DNA of 64,000 nucleotides from Vulcanimicrobiota bacterium (GCA_963795855.1 CAWCIZ010000001.1:256001-320000), one strand, 5' to 3'; numbered from the stretch's first letter, positions 12,701 through 24,829 are shown. Translations and numbers: made by a program. The notes: a model not told the origin generated them from the sequence alone.

Positions 12701-12942
12701 GCCGCGAGCAGATCATGCAGACCACCAAGCGGCAGGCGCTTCATCCCGCCGAAGTGATGAAACTCGCGATGGACGACCGCGGATATTCGCGCGACGACGC
12801 GTATCCGGAACTTCGCTTCATGCCCGATCAGAATCGCAAGCGTGCGCGCGTCATCGCGCAGGGATACGCCGTGATTGGGGTGTTGGCCGCCGCGTCGGTT
12901 GCAGTTGCCGCAGTCGCGCTGCTCGGGAGGAAAGGAAGATGA
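9768..12942 (+). CDS. FAD-binding and (4Fe-4S)-binding oxidoreductase (GlcD/GlcF fusion, YdiJ-like) with C-terminal TM anchor (frameshifted)
   Basis: RGGGTSLTG, SGEHGDG, CVGAGVC, CLACKGCKHECP, CCGMAGAFG, hydrophobic C-terminal tail. Confidence 0.9.
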
Positions 12943-13774
12943 AGAATCTGCTCGCGGCCTTCGGCGTGCGCACGGAAAAGGCCGAGGTCGCGCGTGAAAC
13001 GGGGCTGCGCCTGCAAGACAAGGTCGCGATCGTCACGGGCGGAGACACGGGCATCGGCAAGGCGATTTGTTTGGCGATGGCGCGCGAAGGAGCGAAAGTC
13101 GTCATCGACTATCACGGCGACGAAGCGCCGGCGCACGGCTCTCGTGCGCGAGATTCAGAGCTTCGGCGGAACGGCATGCGAGATCGGTCTGGACGTTTCC
13201 AAGCCGGAAGACGTGCAGCGGCTGGTCGCGGCCGCCGTCGAGCGATACGGCAAACTGGACATCATGGTCAACAACGCCGGCATTGAAGACGAGCGCCCTT
13301 TCCTGGAGATGACGCTCGAGAACTATCTCGAAGACGATCGCGGTGAATCTCACCGGCACCTGGATCGGCTGTCAAGCGGCCGCGCAGCAAATGGCGGCGC
13401 AAGGGCGCGGCGGACGCATCATCAACATCTCGTCCATTCACGAAGAAATCACGATGCCGACGAACGCCGCGTATTGCGCGAGCAAAGGCGGGATCCGCAT
13501 GCTGACGCGCACCATCGCCGTCGAATTGGCCGAGTACGGCATCACGGTAAATGACGTGTGTCCCGGCGCGATCGACACGCCGCTCGACAAACCCGTGAAG
13601 CGCGATCCGCAAAAGATGAACCAGCTGCTCTCCGAAATTCCCATGCGGCGCATGGGCAAACCTGATGAGGTCGCGCAGCTCTGCGTGTATCTCGCATCGG
13701 AGGACGCGGCTTACGTGACGGGCGCCTCGCTGTTCATCGACGGAGGCATGAGTAAGCAATCCGGATCGTTGTAG
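12939..13774 (+). CDS. SDR oxidoreductase, glucose 1-dehydrogenase-like (frameshifted)
   Basis: TGGDTGIG, NNAG, NISSIHE, YCASKGG. Confidence 0.85.
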
Positions 13775-13798
13775 CACGGCTCGCCGCGAGGCGCGCGG

Positions 13799-16250
13799 AT
13801 GATCGCTAAAGTCAGCGGTCCCGGGCACCGCATCTCGACGTACGAGATCTCCGATCAGCAAATGTCCGCCGGCAGCACGCTCGGCGGCCCGAAGGCGACG
13901 ATGTGGATCAAACCCACCGGCGCGATCGAGAAATTCTGGTCGATCGATGCCGGTGCGTTGATGTTCGAAACGCTCGTGCTGCACCACTGGGACGAACGCA
14001 CGGGCATTCCGCTCACGCCGCTGCCGGGGCAATACGTCATCCATCCCGATCATCAAGAACATCTTTTCGAACTTTCAAACGGTCTGACGATTCACGAGGA
14101 TATGTTCGTGCTCAGCAGCGCGCCGCGCGGAGACGGCCATCGCGAGGTAGACCCGCCTGCCGCGTATTGCTTAGTGGAAATCAGCGAACGACGCCGAAGA
14201 AGAACGTTCAAGTTGCGACCTATGCCTCGTTGCAACTGCGGGGCAGTTTCGGCGGCTCCGTCGGCGTCGAATACAGCGATCGCCATCACGCGTTCGTGGT
14301 TCGAACGAGCGAATCGGATCGGATCGTCCGCTACGCGGCGTGTTCGGTAAAACCAACCACGTACGAGGTCACGCTCGACACCGCGAAAGCCAACGCGCAG
14401 GATTTTCCCGGAAAGCTTTCGGGTCGCTGCATGGAAACGGCGGCGGCCGACGTCACCGGCATTTTTCACCTCTCGCACCGGCTGCGTCCCGGAGAGAGGA
14501 AGCGTTTCTCATTCGTGCTGACGTTTTCGCTCGAAGGCGAGGACGCTGCGCGCGCAACGCTCGAAGGCCTGCCGCATGCCGAGGATGCGCTCGCGCGAAC
14601 GCGCGCGCATTTCGACGACGTGCTCGGCCGGGCGGTCGTAATGACGCCGGATCCGGAAGTGAATCGTGGCGTGCTGTGGGCGAAAGCGAACATGCTGCGC
14701 GTGGAATCGCTTTCGCCGCAAGGATGGGCTTTCACCAACGATCCGACGCGCTCGAACAACAGCGTCGGGCGCGACACCGCGTGGTTCGCGTTCGGATCGG
14801 ATTACATCACGCGCGCATTTTTCGCGCGAATCGCTGCTGTGGTACGCCGATCACATCGAGCCCGACGGCATCGCCGTCGAGTACTTCGATATTCGAACCG
14901 GCGAGAGCAGCGACGACGGACTGAACATCAACGACGACACGCCGCTGATCATCCTTGCGTTCTGGCATCACTACAACACGACCGGCGACCGCGAGTTTCT
15001 GGAATACGTCTATCCGCAAGCGGTGCGCATGGCGAAATACATTTTGAGCCAGCGCAACGAGCAGGGGCTGGTGTGGTGCACGTCCGACGGAACCGACGTG
15101 CGCGGCATCGTCGGCTGGCGCAACGTGATCGCGAATTACCGCCTGTCGGGCGCAACGACCGAACTGAATTCCGAATGCTATGCCGCGCTGCGAACGATTT
15201 GCATGATGGCGGAAGAACTCGGACACACGGAGGACTCCGACGCGTACGGGCAAGCGGCGCGGCGATCTTCGCCAGGCGATCAACGAGCATCTTCTCGACA
15301 AAAACCGCGGCGTGTACTATCTGAACATCGACGTCGACGGCACCAAGCGCACCGACGTCACGTCGGACTTGGTGTTTCCCGTGATGTTCGGCGTTGCCGA
15401 TCACGAAACGTCGGCGACGATCGTCTCGCGTCTGTCCGTGCCGGAGTTCTGGAGTGAAGCGGGCATTCACACCGTGCCGCGCACGTCGATCATGTACGGT
15501 CCGACGCACGGTTTCGGGCTCCTGGGCGGCATTTGGGTCGGCGTGACGTTCTGGTTTGCGTTTGCGGCGGCGGCGTTCAACCCGGAGTTCATGGCGTACG
15601 CGCTCTCGGTGAGTTTCAAACACTACTCGATGGATCCGCGCCGCAACAACACGGTGCCCGGTCAGTTTTCCGAGTGGCTGCACGGCGAAACGCTCGTCAA
15701 CCAAGGAATGATGCTCTCGCCGTGGTTTCCGCCGCGCTACGTGTGGGCCGCCATCGAAGGCGCCGCGGGACTCGACATGTCCGGCAGCAAGCCGAATCTC
15801 GTGCCGCGCCCGGCGCGCGATTGGAAGTGGCTCGGCGTGCGCAACCTGCCGCTGCGCGGCAAAGACATCTCGTGGTTTGCCGTGCGGCTGGACGAGCTCC
15901 GCGTGTACGCGAACTTACCCGTTCCAATCGGTTGACGCGGCGCGGCGATATCGAGGACGACATTTCCGCTGCAATGCACGTGACGGGTGACGAAGCCGTG
16001 GTCATCGGGCTGCGGCGCGACGACCGCATCGTAATTCTCATCGGCAACACGCGCGATCGCACGGTAACGACGGCGCTCTCCTTGCGCGACGGCAGCTTCG
16101 ACCGTTTTCGGAAGCTGCGCGTGTATACCAGCCTGCGCTCGGAATGGATCGACGCCCCGGAATACAAGCCGGATCACCTGCGTCGTCGGCTATCCCATAC
16201 AAATCGACCGGCACGGCTTTTGTCTGCTGGAACTGTCAACGGAGGAATAA
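13799..16250 (+). CDS. Six-hairpin glycosidase (amylo-alpha-1,6-glucosidase-like; frameshifted)
   Basis: GRDTAW, DDTPLIILAFWHHYNTTGDREFL, PGQFSEW; (alpha/alpha)6 GH-type motifs. Confidence 0.7.
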
Positions 16251-17108
16251 TGTCCCGCGGTTATCGGTTCGGGTTCAGTGAGTTCACGACGTGGCCTTGG
16301 TCGTTCAAGCAGGACGTCGAACATTATAAGGCGGAGGGCGCCGACTGCATCGAAGTGTGCGAGTTCAAGCTCGCGCACAACGACTACGGCGAGCAGCTGG
16401 AGTACATCGACAAGCAAGGCATGACGCGTCGCTTCGGTGCAGGCGAAAGTGCACTCGATATTCGTCGATTCCATGGCGACCACGCCCAAGGATCCGCAAG
16501 ATCGGGTCCACGCGATCAAGGAAGCGATTGCGCTGAGCGCTCCACACTTGCCAAAGAGTACGCCCTTCGTCGTAATCACCGGTGTTCCACCCGAAGGCAA
16601 TATGCGCAAAGCGGTCGATACGACGGTGGAATCGCTCAAAGAACTGGGCGAGTACGCGGCCAAACGCGACATGAAGATCGCTTTTGAACCGCTCAATCCC
16701 ATCAACGTAAACACCGACACGGCGGTGTGGGGTTTGGATCACGGCTTGGAACTCGTGGAAAAGGTGAACCATCCCGCAGTCGGCATCTGCATCGACACGT
16801 GGAACATTTGGGAAACGCCGAATCTCGAAGAAGTCATCCGGCAGTGCGGCGACCGCATCTTCCTCGTTCAACTCAGCGATTGGAAGATGCCGCGCTCGAC
16901 GGCCGATCGCTACACGCTCGGAGACGGGGAGATTCCGCTCGCGAATCTCATCCGCGCTATCCGGACCACGGCATACCAAGGACCGTGGGTCGTGGAGATT
17001 TTATCTTCGTTTCATCTCGAAGGCTCGCTTTGGAAAGCGGACATGTCCGAGGTGCTGCGCAAAAATCACGAAGCTTTCGACCGTCTCTGGCAGCAAACCG
17101 GCACGTAA
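16250..17108 (+). CDS. Sugar phosphate isomerase/epimerase (xylose isomerase-like TIM barrel; frameshifted)
   Basis: AFEPLN, IDTWN, VQLSD, GDGEIP, VVEI. Confidence 0.85.
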
Positions 17109-17115
17109 CGCCCGC

Positions 17116-18315
17116 GTGAGGAGCGAGTTCGCCGCGTATTTCGTCGCGCGGCAAATGGGCTTGCTCGGCGTTCAGCGTCGAGGACGTTGCCGTTTCGCTG
17201 GCAGATCTTTCGCTGCGTCACAGCCCGCTCGATCTCGGCCTGGTGGGACTCGTGCTGTTTTTGCCGCAACTGCTGCTTGCGCTTCCGGCGGGAGTGCTGG
17301 CCGACCGCGCGGATCGCCGCGCAATCGTCATCGTGTCCTCGTTTACCGAGGCGCTCGGCCTGGGCGGATTCATCGCGCTCGTCGTCCTGCGCGTCCACTC
17401 CGTGCCCGTGTATCTGGGCGCCGTCGCATTTATCGGCATCGCGCATTCGATGGGGACGCCCGCGCAGCGGTCGCTGCTCGTCAACATCGTCGAAACGGCG
17501 CAGTTCGTTCGCGCTCAAGCGCTCACGTCGTCGATTGGGCAATTGGTGACGATTGCCGGACCTGCGCTCGGCGGCGCGCTCATCGCGATCTGAACGCCGA
17601 TCGCTTTCGCGGCGGCTGCCGCGGCCTACATCGTCGCAACGTGCGCCTTCATGTTTTTGAAACGCCATGCCGTCGAATACGAGGACGTGCCGGTGCGTGC
17701 ACGCCGCGCTGGAAGGCGTGCGGTTCATCTTTCGACCGCCGAATTATTTTGGCAGCGATCTCGCTGGATCTCTTCGCCGTGCTGTTCGGCGGCGCGACTG
17801 CGCTGCTGCCGGTCTTCGCTACGACGATTCTGCACGTCGGCCCGACGGGTTTCGGCATATTGCGCGCCGCGCCGGCCGCCGGTGCAGCAGTCGTAGCAGG
17901 CTACGTCGCACGGCATTCGCTCGAACGCGGCGCCGGGCGTCTGTTGCTGCTTTGCGTGTCGGGATTCGGCGCCGCCACGATCGTGTTCGGACTCTCGCGC
18001 AATTTCGTTCTTTCCGTCGCGGCTCTGGTGCTGACCGGCGCCTTCGATATGGTGAGCGTCGTGATACGCAGCGCTTTGGTTCAATTGCGAACGCCGAATG
18101 AAATGCGCGGCCGGGTAGGCGCCGTCGAGAACGTGTTCATCGGCGCTTCGAACGAACTGGGTGCGTTCGAATCGGGCGCGATCGCGTCGCTTATCGGGAC
18201 GCGGGAGTCTGTCGTGCTGGGCGGAGTCGCGACGCTCGCGGTGATTGCGCTCTGGTCGGTGCTGTTTCCGGAACTTCGGCAGTTCGAAGTGCTGGAACGC
18301 GATACCAGCCCGTAA
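17116..18315 (+). CDS. MFS transporter (EntS/DHA3-like; frameshifted)
   Basis: GVLADRADRR, ISLDLFAVLFGGATALLP, MRGRV...FIGASNELGAFESG. Confidence 0.85.
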   Translation: MRSEFAAYFVARQMGLLGVQRRGRCRFAGRSFAASQPARSRPGGTRAVFAATAACASGGSAGRPRGSPRNRHRVLVYRGARPGRIHRARRPARPLRARVSGRRRIYRHRAFDGDARAAVAARQHRRNGAVRSRSSAHVVDWAIGDDCRTCARRRAHRDLNADRFRGGCRGLHRRNVRLHVFETPCRRIRGRAGACTPRWKACGSSFDRRIILAAISLDLFAVLFGGATALLPVFATTILHVGPTGFGILRAAPAAGAAVVAGYVARHSLERGAGRLLLLCVSGFGAATIVFGLSRNFVLSVAALVLTGAFDMVSVVIRSALVQLRTPNEMRGRVGAVENVFIGASNELGAFESGAIASLIGTRESVVLGGVATLAVIALWSVLFPELRQFEVLERDTSP

Positions 18316-18861
18316 TCATCGAGCGTACGTTGTTGCGCAGCCCGGTCGTCGCGACCATCACCATATGCCCTGCAAAGAAGAGGACGAGTTCGATCGCGAA
18401 CCCGACATGCCAAATCGAAGCGGTACGTTTGCCGAAAATCGCAGCCAGCGGCGTTTGAAGCGGCGAATGTTTCCAGAGCGCCAAGCCGGTCGCTGCGATG
18501 AGCGGGCCGATCAAAAGCAGCACGATCGTGTACGCCAGTTTCTGCAGCGGATTGTAGTCGGCGTAGGCCGGCGGATCTTTACGCAGCCGCAGATAGTAGC
18601 GCGGTCATCGGCACGATGCCGGCCGGATCTTTCGCGCCGAAAAGCAGTTTGCCGAATTCGCCGCTGAGGATTGCCGACGTCACGTACACGACGCCGCTCG
18701 CGAGCATGGCAAGGCCGAAGTATTGATGTATTTGCGCGGCCTTGAGCGGCATCCAGTGCTGATGAAAGTACATTTGCGCGCCGCTCACCGCGAGACCCGA
18801 GAAAGGAGATGAAGAAGGTGGCGTGAGTGATGCGCGTGACCGCCGAGTGCCGGTAGACCAT
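18191..18861 (-). CDS. Cytochrome b/b6 domain protein (YdhU/PhsC-like; frameshifted; 3' end uncertain)
   Basis: YRHSAVTRITH, QIHQY, YNPLQKLAY (manual), WHVGFA...GHMVM, RSMITGW. Confidence 0.75.
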
Positions 18862-18907
18862 AGCGCAGTCTACGCGCGCGATTCTGATAAGCTCCGAGAG
18901 TGCCGGC

Positions 18908-18925
18908 CTCTCATGAAACTCTCAT
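18908..18925 (+). promoter_or_regulatory. Direct-repeat binding site, OmpR/PhoB (MprA-like) type
   Basis: CTCTCAT-GAAA-CTCTCAT, 11-bp period, upstream of the exporter/two-component operon. Confidence 0.55.
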
Positions 18926-18975
18926 AACGCCGCGCCTCCGACACTTATCAGCAATCGCGCGATCATACAACACAA

Positions 18976-20539
18976 ATGATAGGCAAAGTGCAAAGTCCCG
19001 CCATTCCGTCGCTCCCTCGACTCAGCGGCCTGGCGGATATCTCAATGCGCACAAATTGGCAGCGGCTTTCGTCTCGCTGCTGCTGATCGCGGCGATCGTC
19101 GCCGGCGTCGCTCGTTTCGACGCGCACGCAGGCGAGCGCGCATACGAAACACAACCGGTCGCGCGCCAAGACTTGACGCAGAGCGTCACGGCGTCGGGCA
19201 CCGTGAATCCGCAAAACACCGTCAACGTCGGCACGCAGGTGTCCGGCACGATTCCGGCCATCTACGTGGACTACAATAGTAAGGTCCGCAAGGGGCAGGT
19301 GCTCGCGCGTCTGGACACCAGCCAGCTGCAGGCGCAGTTGGCGCAGGCGAAGGCATCCGTCGCGCAGGCACAGGCGCAAGCGAATGCGCAAGTCGAGAAA
19401 GCGCGCAGGAGCGCAGGCGAACACCGGCGGACTCAAGCCGCCATCGACTCCGCGCAAGCAGGCGTTTCTAAGAGCCAGAGCGCGCTCGAACGTTGCCAAG
19501 GAAACGGTTGCGCGCGATAACGCGCTGACTCGCAAGGCTACATTTCGCAAAGCCAATTGGACGCGGACCAATCGGCGGCCGTGGCGGCGCAAAGCGCGCT
19601 TGCGCCGGCGCAAGCGGCGCTGGTTCAAAGCCGCGCGCAAACCGATTCCTCGACGAATTCGCAGGCCGGAGCCGCGCAAGACACCGCGTCAGGCGGCGCA
19701 GGCCGGCGTTGCGGCCGCTCAGGCGCAGGTCGAGCAGGATGAATTGAACATTCAGCGCGCCGTCATCACCTCACCGGTCGACGGCACCGTCATCGCTCGC
19801 GACGTTTCCGTGGGTCAAACCGTTGCGGCAAGTTTGCAGACGCCGACGCTGTTTTCGATAGCGCAAAACCTGCATAAGATGGAAGTCGACATCAACGTGG
19901 GCGAACCGGACATCGGCAACGTTCGTCCGGGCGACGCCGTCAGCTTCAGCGTGCTGGCCTATCCGAATCAGACGTTCACCGGCACAGTCTCGCAGGTGCG
20001 CGTCAATCCGACGACCGTCAATAACGTCGTGACGTACACCGTCATCACGCTGGTCAACAATCCGAACAACGCGCTGCTTCCGGGAATGACGGCAAACGCC
20101 ACGATCGAGGTGAAGACCGCGAAGAACGCGCTCGTCGTACCGACGCAAGCGCTCAGCTTCCGGCCCACCGGGACGTCTCAGCGCACCATCGCACGCACGC
20201 GTCGTCGGCCTCTGCTTCCAACGCGAGTTCGCCGCGGTTTGCGGCGCTGCATCTCCGTGGGGACAAACCGCGGCCGGCGCATCTGGAAGCGTAACGTCGG
20301 GCGGCACAGGCATGGTGTTCGTCCAGCAAAACGGCAAGCCGGCACCGGTGCGCGTACGCATCGACTTGGTCAGCGGCGCGCAAGCCGCAGTGACGCCGCT
20401 GCGTGGAAGCTTGAATCCCGGCGACACCGTCATCCTTTCGAGCGGAGGGGCGCAGACGGCGCACACCTCGACCGCATCGCACTCGGGCGGTCCGGGCGGT
20501 TCGAGCGGCATGGGCAGTCTCGGGCGGGCGTTACGTTAA
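18976..20539 (+). CDS. Efflux periplasmic adaptor subunit (MacA-like MFP; frameshifted)
   Basis: ASGTVNP...VGTQVSG, DYNSKVRKGQVLA, ITSPVDGTVI, GQTVAASLQTPTLF, LLPGMTA. Confidence 0.9.
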
Positions 20540-21253
20540 TGCAGCCGGTCGTTCGTGGAGAGAACTTGCGCAAAATCTACGATCTCGGCTCGCAGCAAGT
20601 CACGGGTATCGCCGGTGTGGACCTGACGATCGCACCCGGCGAATTCCTCGCCGTGATGGGACCGTCAGGTTCGGGAAAATCGACATTCATGCATATCATC
20701 GGACTGCTCGACGAGCCGACCGACGGACTTTATGAATTCGAAGGCAGCGACGTCTCGCGCCTGAGCGAGGACGAGCGCGCGGACATTCGCAGCCGGCGTC
20801 TCGGATTCGTCTTCCAATCGTACAATCTGCTTCCGCGTACGACGGCGGTGGAAAACGTGGAACTGCCGATGCTCTACGCGGGCGTTCCCGATTCGGAGCG
20901 CCGTCGAATAGCGCTCGAAAAGATGCAACTCGTCGGCGTCGCGCATCTCGCAAATCATGCGCCGAACCAAATGTCGGGCGGTCAGCAGCAGCGCGTGGCC
21001 ATCGCGCGTTCGCTGGTCAACAATCCCGCACTGATTTTGGCGGACGAGCCGACGGGCGCGCTGGACACGAAAACCTCGCAGGAAGTCATGCAACTCTTCA
21101 CCCGGCTGAACGAAGAACACGGAATCACGATTCTGCTCGTGACGCACGAATCGGACGTCGCGGCGTATGCCAAACGCGTCGTGACATTTAGAGACGGAAG
21201 GATCGTGTCGGACTCGATCCGCGCGCCGCGCGCGCGAGGCGGTGCCAGCATGA
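20539..21253 (+). CDS. ABC transporter ATP-binding subunit (MacB/LolD family); reads in frame into the permease in this sequence
   Basis: GPSGSGKST, MSGGQQQRVAIAR, LADEPTGALD, VTHE. Confidence 0.92.
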
Positions 21254-22462
21254 AGACCACGATGAAAGTTGCGCTCGATGCGCTGCTGCGCAACCGCGTT
21301 CGTTCGCTGCTGACCATGCTCGGCGTCATCATCGGTGTCGCGGCGGTCATCGTCACGGTCGCGATCGGCAACGGCGCGCGCGTGTCCGTGCAGAACCAAA
21401 TCAACTCACTCGGCAGCAACATGGTCGTCGTGTTGCCCGGCAGCGTTACGCAGGGCGGTGCGCGCAGCGGATTCGGCGGCGCGTCGACGCTCACGCCGGA
21501 CGACGGCATGGCGATCGCGAAACTGCCCGGCGTGGCAGCCGTCTCGCCGAGCGTCACCGTTCGCTCGCAGGTCGTCTCCGGCGGCAACAACTGGCAAACC
21601 CAGATTACCGGCGTCGCGCCGACCTACACGTTCATTCGCAGTTGGCCGATGGCGAGTGGAACGTTTTTCTCGCAGAACGACGTGCTCTGCGCCAACAAAG
21701 TCGCCGTTCTCGGTCAGACGGTCGTGCAGAATCTGTTTCCGGACGGCTCGTCGCCGCTGGGAAAGGCCGTGATCATTCAAGGCGTTCCGTTCACCGTCGT
21801 GGGCACGCTCTCGCCGCTCGGTCAGAGCGGCATGGGGCAAGATCAGGATGATACGATTCTGATCCCGTATACTGCCGCTATGCAGCGATTGACGGGTCAG
21901 ACGACGGTGAACTCGCTCATGGTGTCCGCGAGCGATGCGCAGCACGTGCAGACCGGTGCAAACGGAAGTCACGACGCTGCTCGAACAGCGGCATCGGATT
22001 ACGCCGCCGCAGCAAGATGACTTCTCGGTGCGAAATCTGCAGGACATCGCCGCGGCGGCATCCTCGACCAGCGCAGTCATGGAGTTTCTGCTCGCCGGCG
22101 TTGCGGCAGTATCGCTGCTCGTCGGCGGCATCGGCATCATGAACATCATGCTGGTCTCCGTTACGGAACGCACGCGCGAAATCGGTCTGCGCATGGCGCT
22201 CGGCGCGCGGGCGGCGGTGATTTTGCGGCAATTCCTCACGGAGTCGATGGTGCTTTCGAGCGCGGGCGGCCTCATCGGCGTGCTCGTCGGCTTGATCGGC
22301 ACGCAAATCGTCGCGCTTCTCGCAAAGTGGCCGGTTACGGTTCCCGGCGCGTGGATGGCGTTCGCGGTGTGCTTCTCCGCGATGGTCGGCGTGTTCTTCG
22401 GATATTATCCCGCGCGCAAGGCTTCGGCTCTGCGGCCGATCGAGGCGCTGCGATTCGAATGA
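21250..22462 (+). CDS. ABC transporter permease (MacB family; frameshift near 21955)
   Basis: [53 protein letters not shown]. Confidence 0.92.
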
Positions 22463-23130
22463 GCCGCGTCCTGGTCGTCGACGACGAACGGCGTATCCGC
22501 GAACTGCTGGAGCTGAGTCTGTCGCATCACGGCTACGACGTTCGTTGCGCCGCCGACGGTCAGGAGGCACTCGCGCGGCGAAAGAGTTCGAGCCGGATAT
22601 CGTCGTGCTCGACGTCATGATGCCGAAAATCGACGGCATCGCGCTTCTGCCGATGCTTCGGCGCGTCACCGATGCGCCGGTCATCATGCTCAGCGCGAAA
22701 GGAGAAGTCGAGGACAAAGTCCAGGGACTCACGCACGGCGCGGACGACTACATGAGCAAGCCATTCGAACTCGATGAACTGGTCGCGCACATCGAAGCAA
22801 AACTGCGCCGCCCGCGGCTGGAGCACCGCGAAGTTCTCGGCTTCGAGGATCTCAGCGTCGATTTGGAGACGCATGTCGTCGAACGCGCGGGGCGCCCCAT
22901 CGACCTCTCTCCGCTCGAATACACCCTGCTGATAACGCTGCTGCGCAGGCCGCGGCGCGTCTTCACCCGCGACGATCTGCTCGAGCTCGGTTTGGGGCGA
23001 CGAGAAAGACGTCACGCCGGCCGCGGTCGAGCGGTACATTTCGTACCTGCGCGCCAAGGTCGACGACGGATTCGAACAGCGCCTCATCCATACTGTGCGC
23101 GGCGTCGGCTACACGCTGCGTTCCGAGTAG
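22459..23130 (+). CDS. OmpR/PhoB-family response regulator (MprA-like; frameshifted)
   Basis: [30 protein letters not shown]...IHTVRGVGY. Confidence 0.92.
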
Positions 23131-23133
23131 CGC

Positions 23134-24495
23134 GTGTTCGATTCGTTTCGCGCGCGCATCACACGCGGATACGTCCTTCTCGCGTTCGCGATCATCATCG
23201 CGATAGTCGGTGCATCGTCCGCGCTCGCGTTTCTGCTGTTTTCGCGCGGCATGACCGACGAAATCGCCAACACCTCGCAGCGCGCTTCGGCCACGGCCTC
23301 GCAAGTGCTGAGCGCGGGCACGCCTTTGCAGCAGGCCGCGCCGCAGATTCTCGCCGCGATGGGCCGCTCGCGTTTTGAGGTGCGCATCTTCGACGCGCAG
23401 GGTCACCGGATCGCGCAGAACGAGCGGGAAGAAAGCGGAAGCGCCGGCCACGCGTTCGCGAGCGCTTTCGCGCGGTCGATCGGTTTGCCGCGAGCGCGCG
23501 TTCCGGTTGCCGGCGGGACGATCGTGATCGCTCCGGACGTCGACCGCTTCGGCGCGCTGCTGCTGTGGTATTGGTCGATCATGCTGCCCATCGGCGCTCT
23601 CGCAATTCTGCTCGCGTGGCTTGCCGGGCGGCGCATCACGGCTCGCGCCGTGGGGCCGCTGGCCGACGTTACCAAATCGCTGCACGTCATTGCGGCGGGC
23701 GATTTTTCTCCGCAGCCGCTGCTCGCCGGCAGCAGCGAGATGCGCGAACTCACCGGTGCTTATAACGAAGTCGCATACAGTCTTGCAAACGCGACGGCGG
23801 AACGCGCTCGAACCGAAGCGCAGATGCGCCAGTTCATCGCGGATGCGGGCCACGAACTGCGCACGCCGCTGACGGTCGTGATGGGCTACTTGGACGCGCT
23901 TCGGCGCGGCATCGTTCACGATCCGGAAGGAACGCGCCGCACGTACGAGACGATGCTGGACGAGAGCCGCAAGATGCGCGCTCTGATAGAAAAACTCATT
24001 TTGCTCGCGCGTCTGGAGCGCGCACCCGCTTCAATGCTCGAACCGCTCGATATCGCCGCCGTGACGGCCGGCGCCGCCGAATCGCTGCGGCCGCTTGCGA
24101 ACGGTCGCATTCAGTTGCAGACCATGCGGCACGCAATCGTCACCGCGAGCGAAGCCGAATTGCACGAGGCGATCAAGAACGCAATCGACAACGCGCTGAA
24201 ATACGCGCCCGAATCAAACGTGGACGTGAGCGTGGAACTGGAAGACGAATCAGCGTGCGTCTACGTCCGCGATACCGGCCCCGGGATGGAGCCGCAAGAC
24301 GTCGCGCACGCCTTCGATCGCTTCTATCGCGGCAGCACGCGCGGGGACACCGAAGGTTCGGGCCTCGGACTAGCGATCGCCAAGTTGGCGGTCGAGCGCG
24401 CCGGCGGAACGGCGAGCCTCGAAAGCGCGCTCGGTCGCGGCACTACCGTGCGGATCTGCTTGCCTCGCTCGGAGAAACCGCTGAGCGCGCCGTAG
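23134..24495 (+). CDS. Sensor histidine kinase (2 TM, HAMP, HisKA, HATPase)
   Basis: ADAGHELRTPL, NAIDNALKY, DTGPG, FDRFYR, GSGLGLAI. Confidence 0.95.
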   Translation: MFDSFRARITRGYVLLAFAIIIAIVGASSALAFLLFSRGMTDEIANTSQRASATASQVLSAGTPLQQAAPQILAAMGRSRFEVRIFDAQGHRIAQNEREESGSAGHAFASAFARSIGLPRARVPVAGGTIVIAPDVDRFGALLLWYWSIMLPIGALAILLAWLAGRRITARAVGPLADVTKSLHVIAAGDFSPQPLLAGSSEMRELTGAYNEVAYSLANATAERARTEAQMRQFIADAGHELRTPLTVVMGYLDALRRGIVHDPEGTRRTYETMLDESRKMRALIEKLILLARLERAPASMLEPLDIAAVTAGAAESLRPLANGRIQLQTMRHAIVTASEAELHEAIKNAIDNALKYAPESNVDVSVELEDESACVYVRDTGPGMEPQDVAHAFDRFYRGSTRGDTEGSGLGLAIAKLAVERAGGTASLESALGRGTTVRICLPRSEKPLSAP

Positions 24496-24508
24496 TGTCG
24501 TACGTACT

Positions 24509-24829
24509 ATGAAGCCGATTTCCGCAGCCGTCCTTGCCGCCGCACTGTGCGCCTGCCCGCTTTCCGCCCTGGCCGACACGAGTTCCGCAGTCAACCGCCT
24601 CATCGTGAATCAAGCCTTGCAGCAGCAAATGCAGAATCAGTTGAACACGCAGCAGATGCAATTGCGCGCTCAGCAAGATCTTTCGCGCGCCTCGCTGCAG
24701 AACGAAATGCAGCAGCAGAATGCGCAGCTGCAATACTTGCTGCTTCAGCAGCAGCTCGAAGTGCTCAAGATCGAACAGCGCTCGCTGCGCCACTCATCCG
24801 TTTCTCATCATCCGCACCGCAGTTCTTAG
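24509..24829 (+). CDS. Secreted Gln-rich small protein
   Basis: Signal peptide ending ALA, Q-rich body, His-rich tail. Confidence 0.7.
   Translation: MKPISAAVLAAALCACPLSALADTSSAVNRLIVNQALQQQMQNQLNTQQMQLRAQQDLSRASLQNEMQQQNAQLQYLLLQQQLEVLKIEQRSLRHSSVSHHPHRSS

Noticed and set aside
19384..22020. 878-aa MFP-ABC-permease fusion
   Set aside because: The MFP has its own stop (TAA 20537-20539) in the corrected frame. The NBD-permease junction is ambiguous, but such a fusion is ordinary for MacB.
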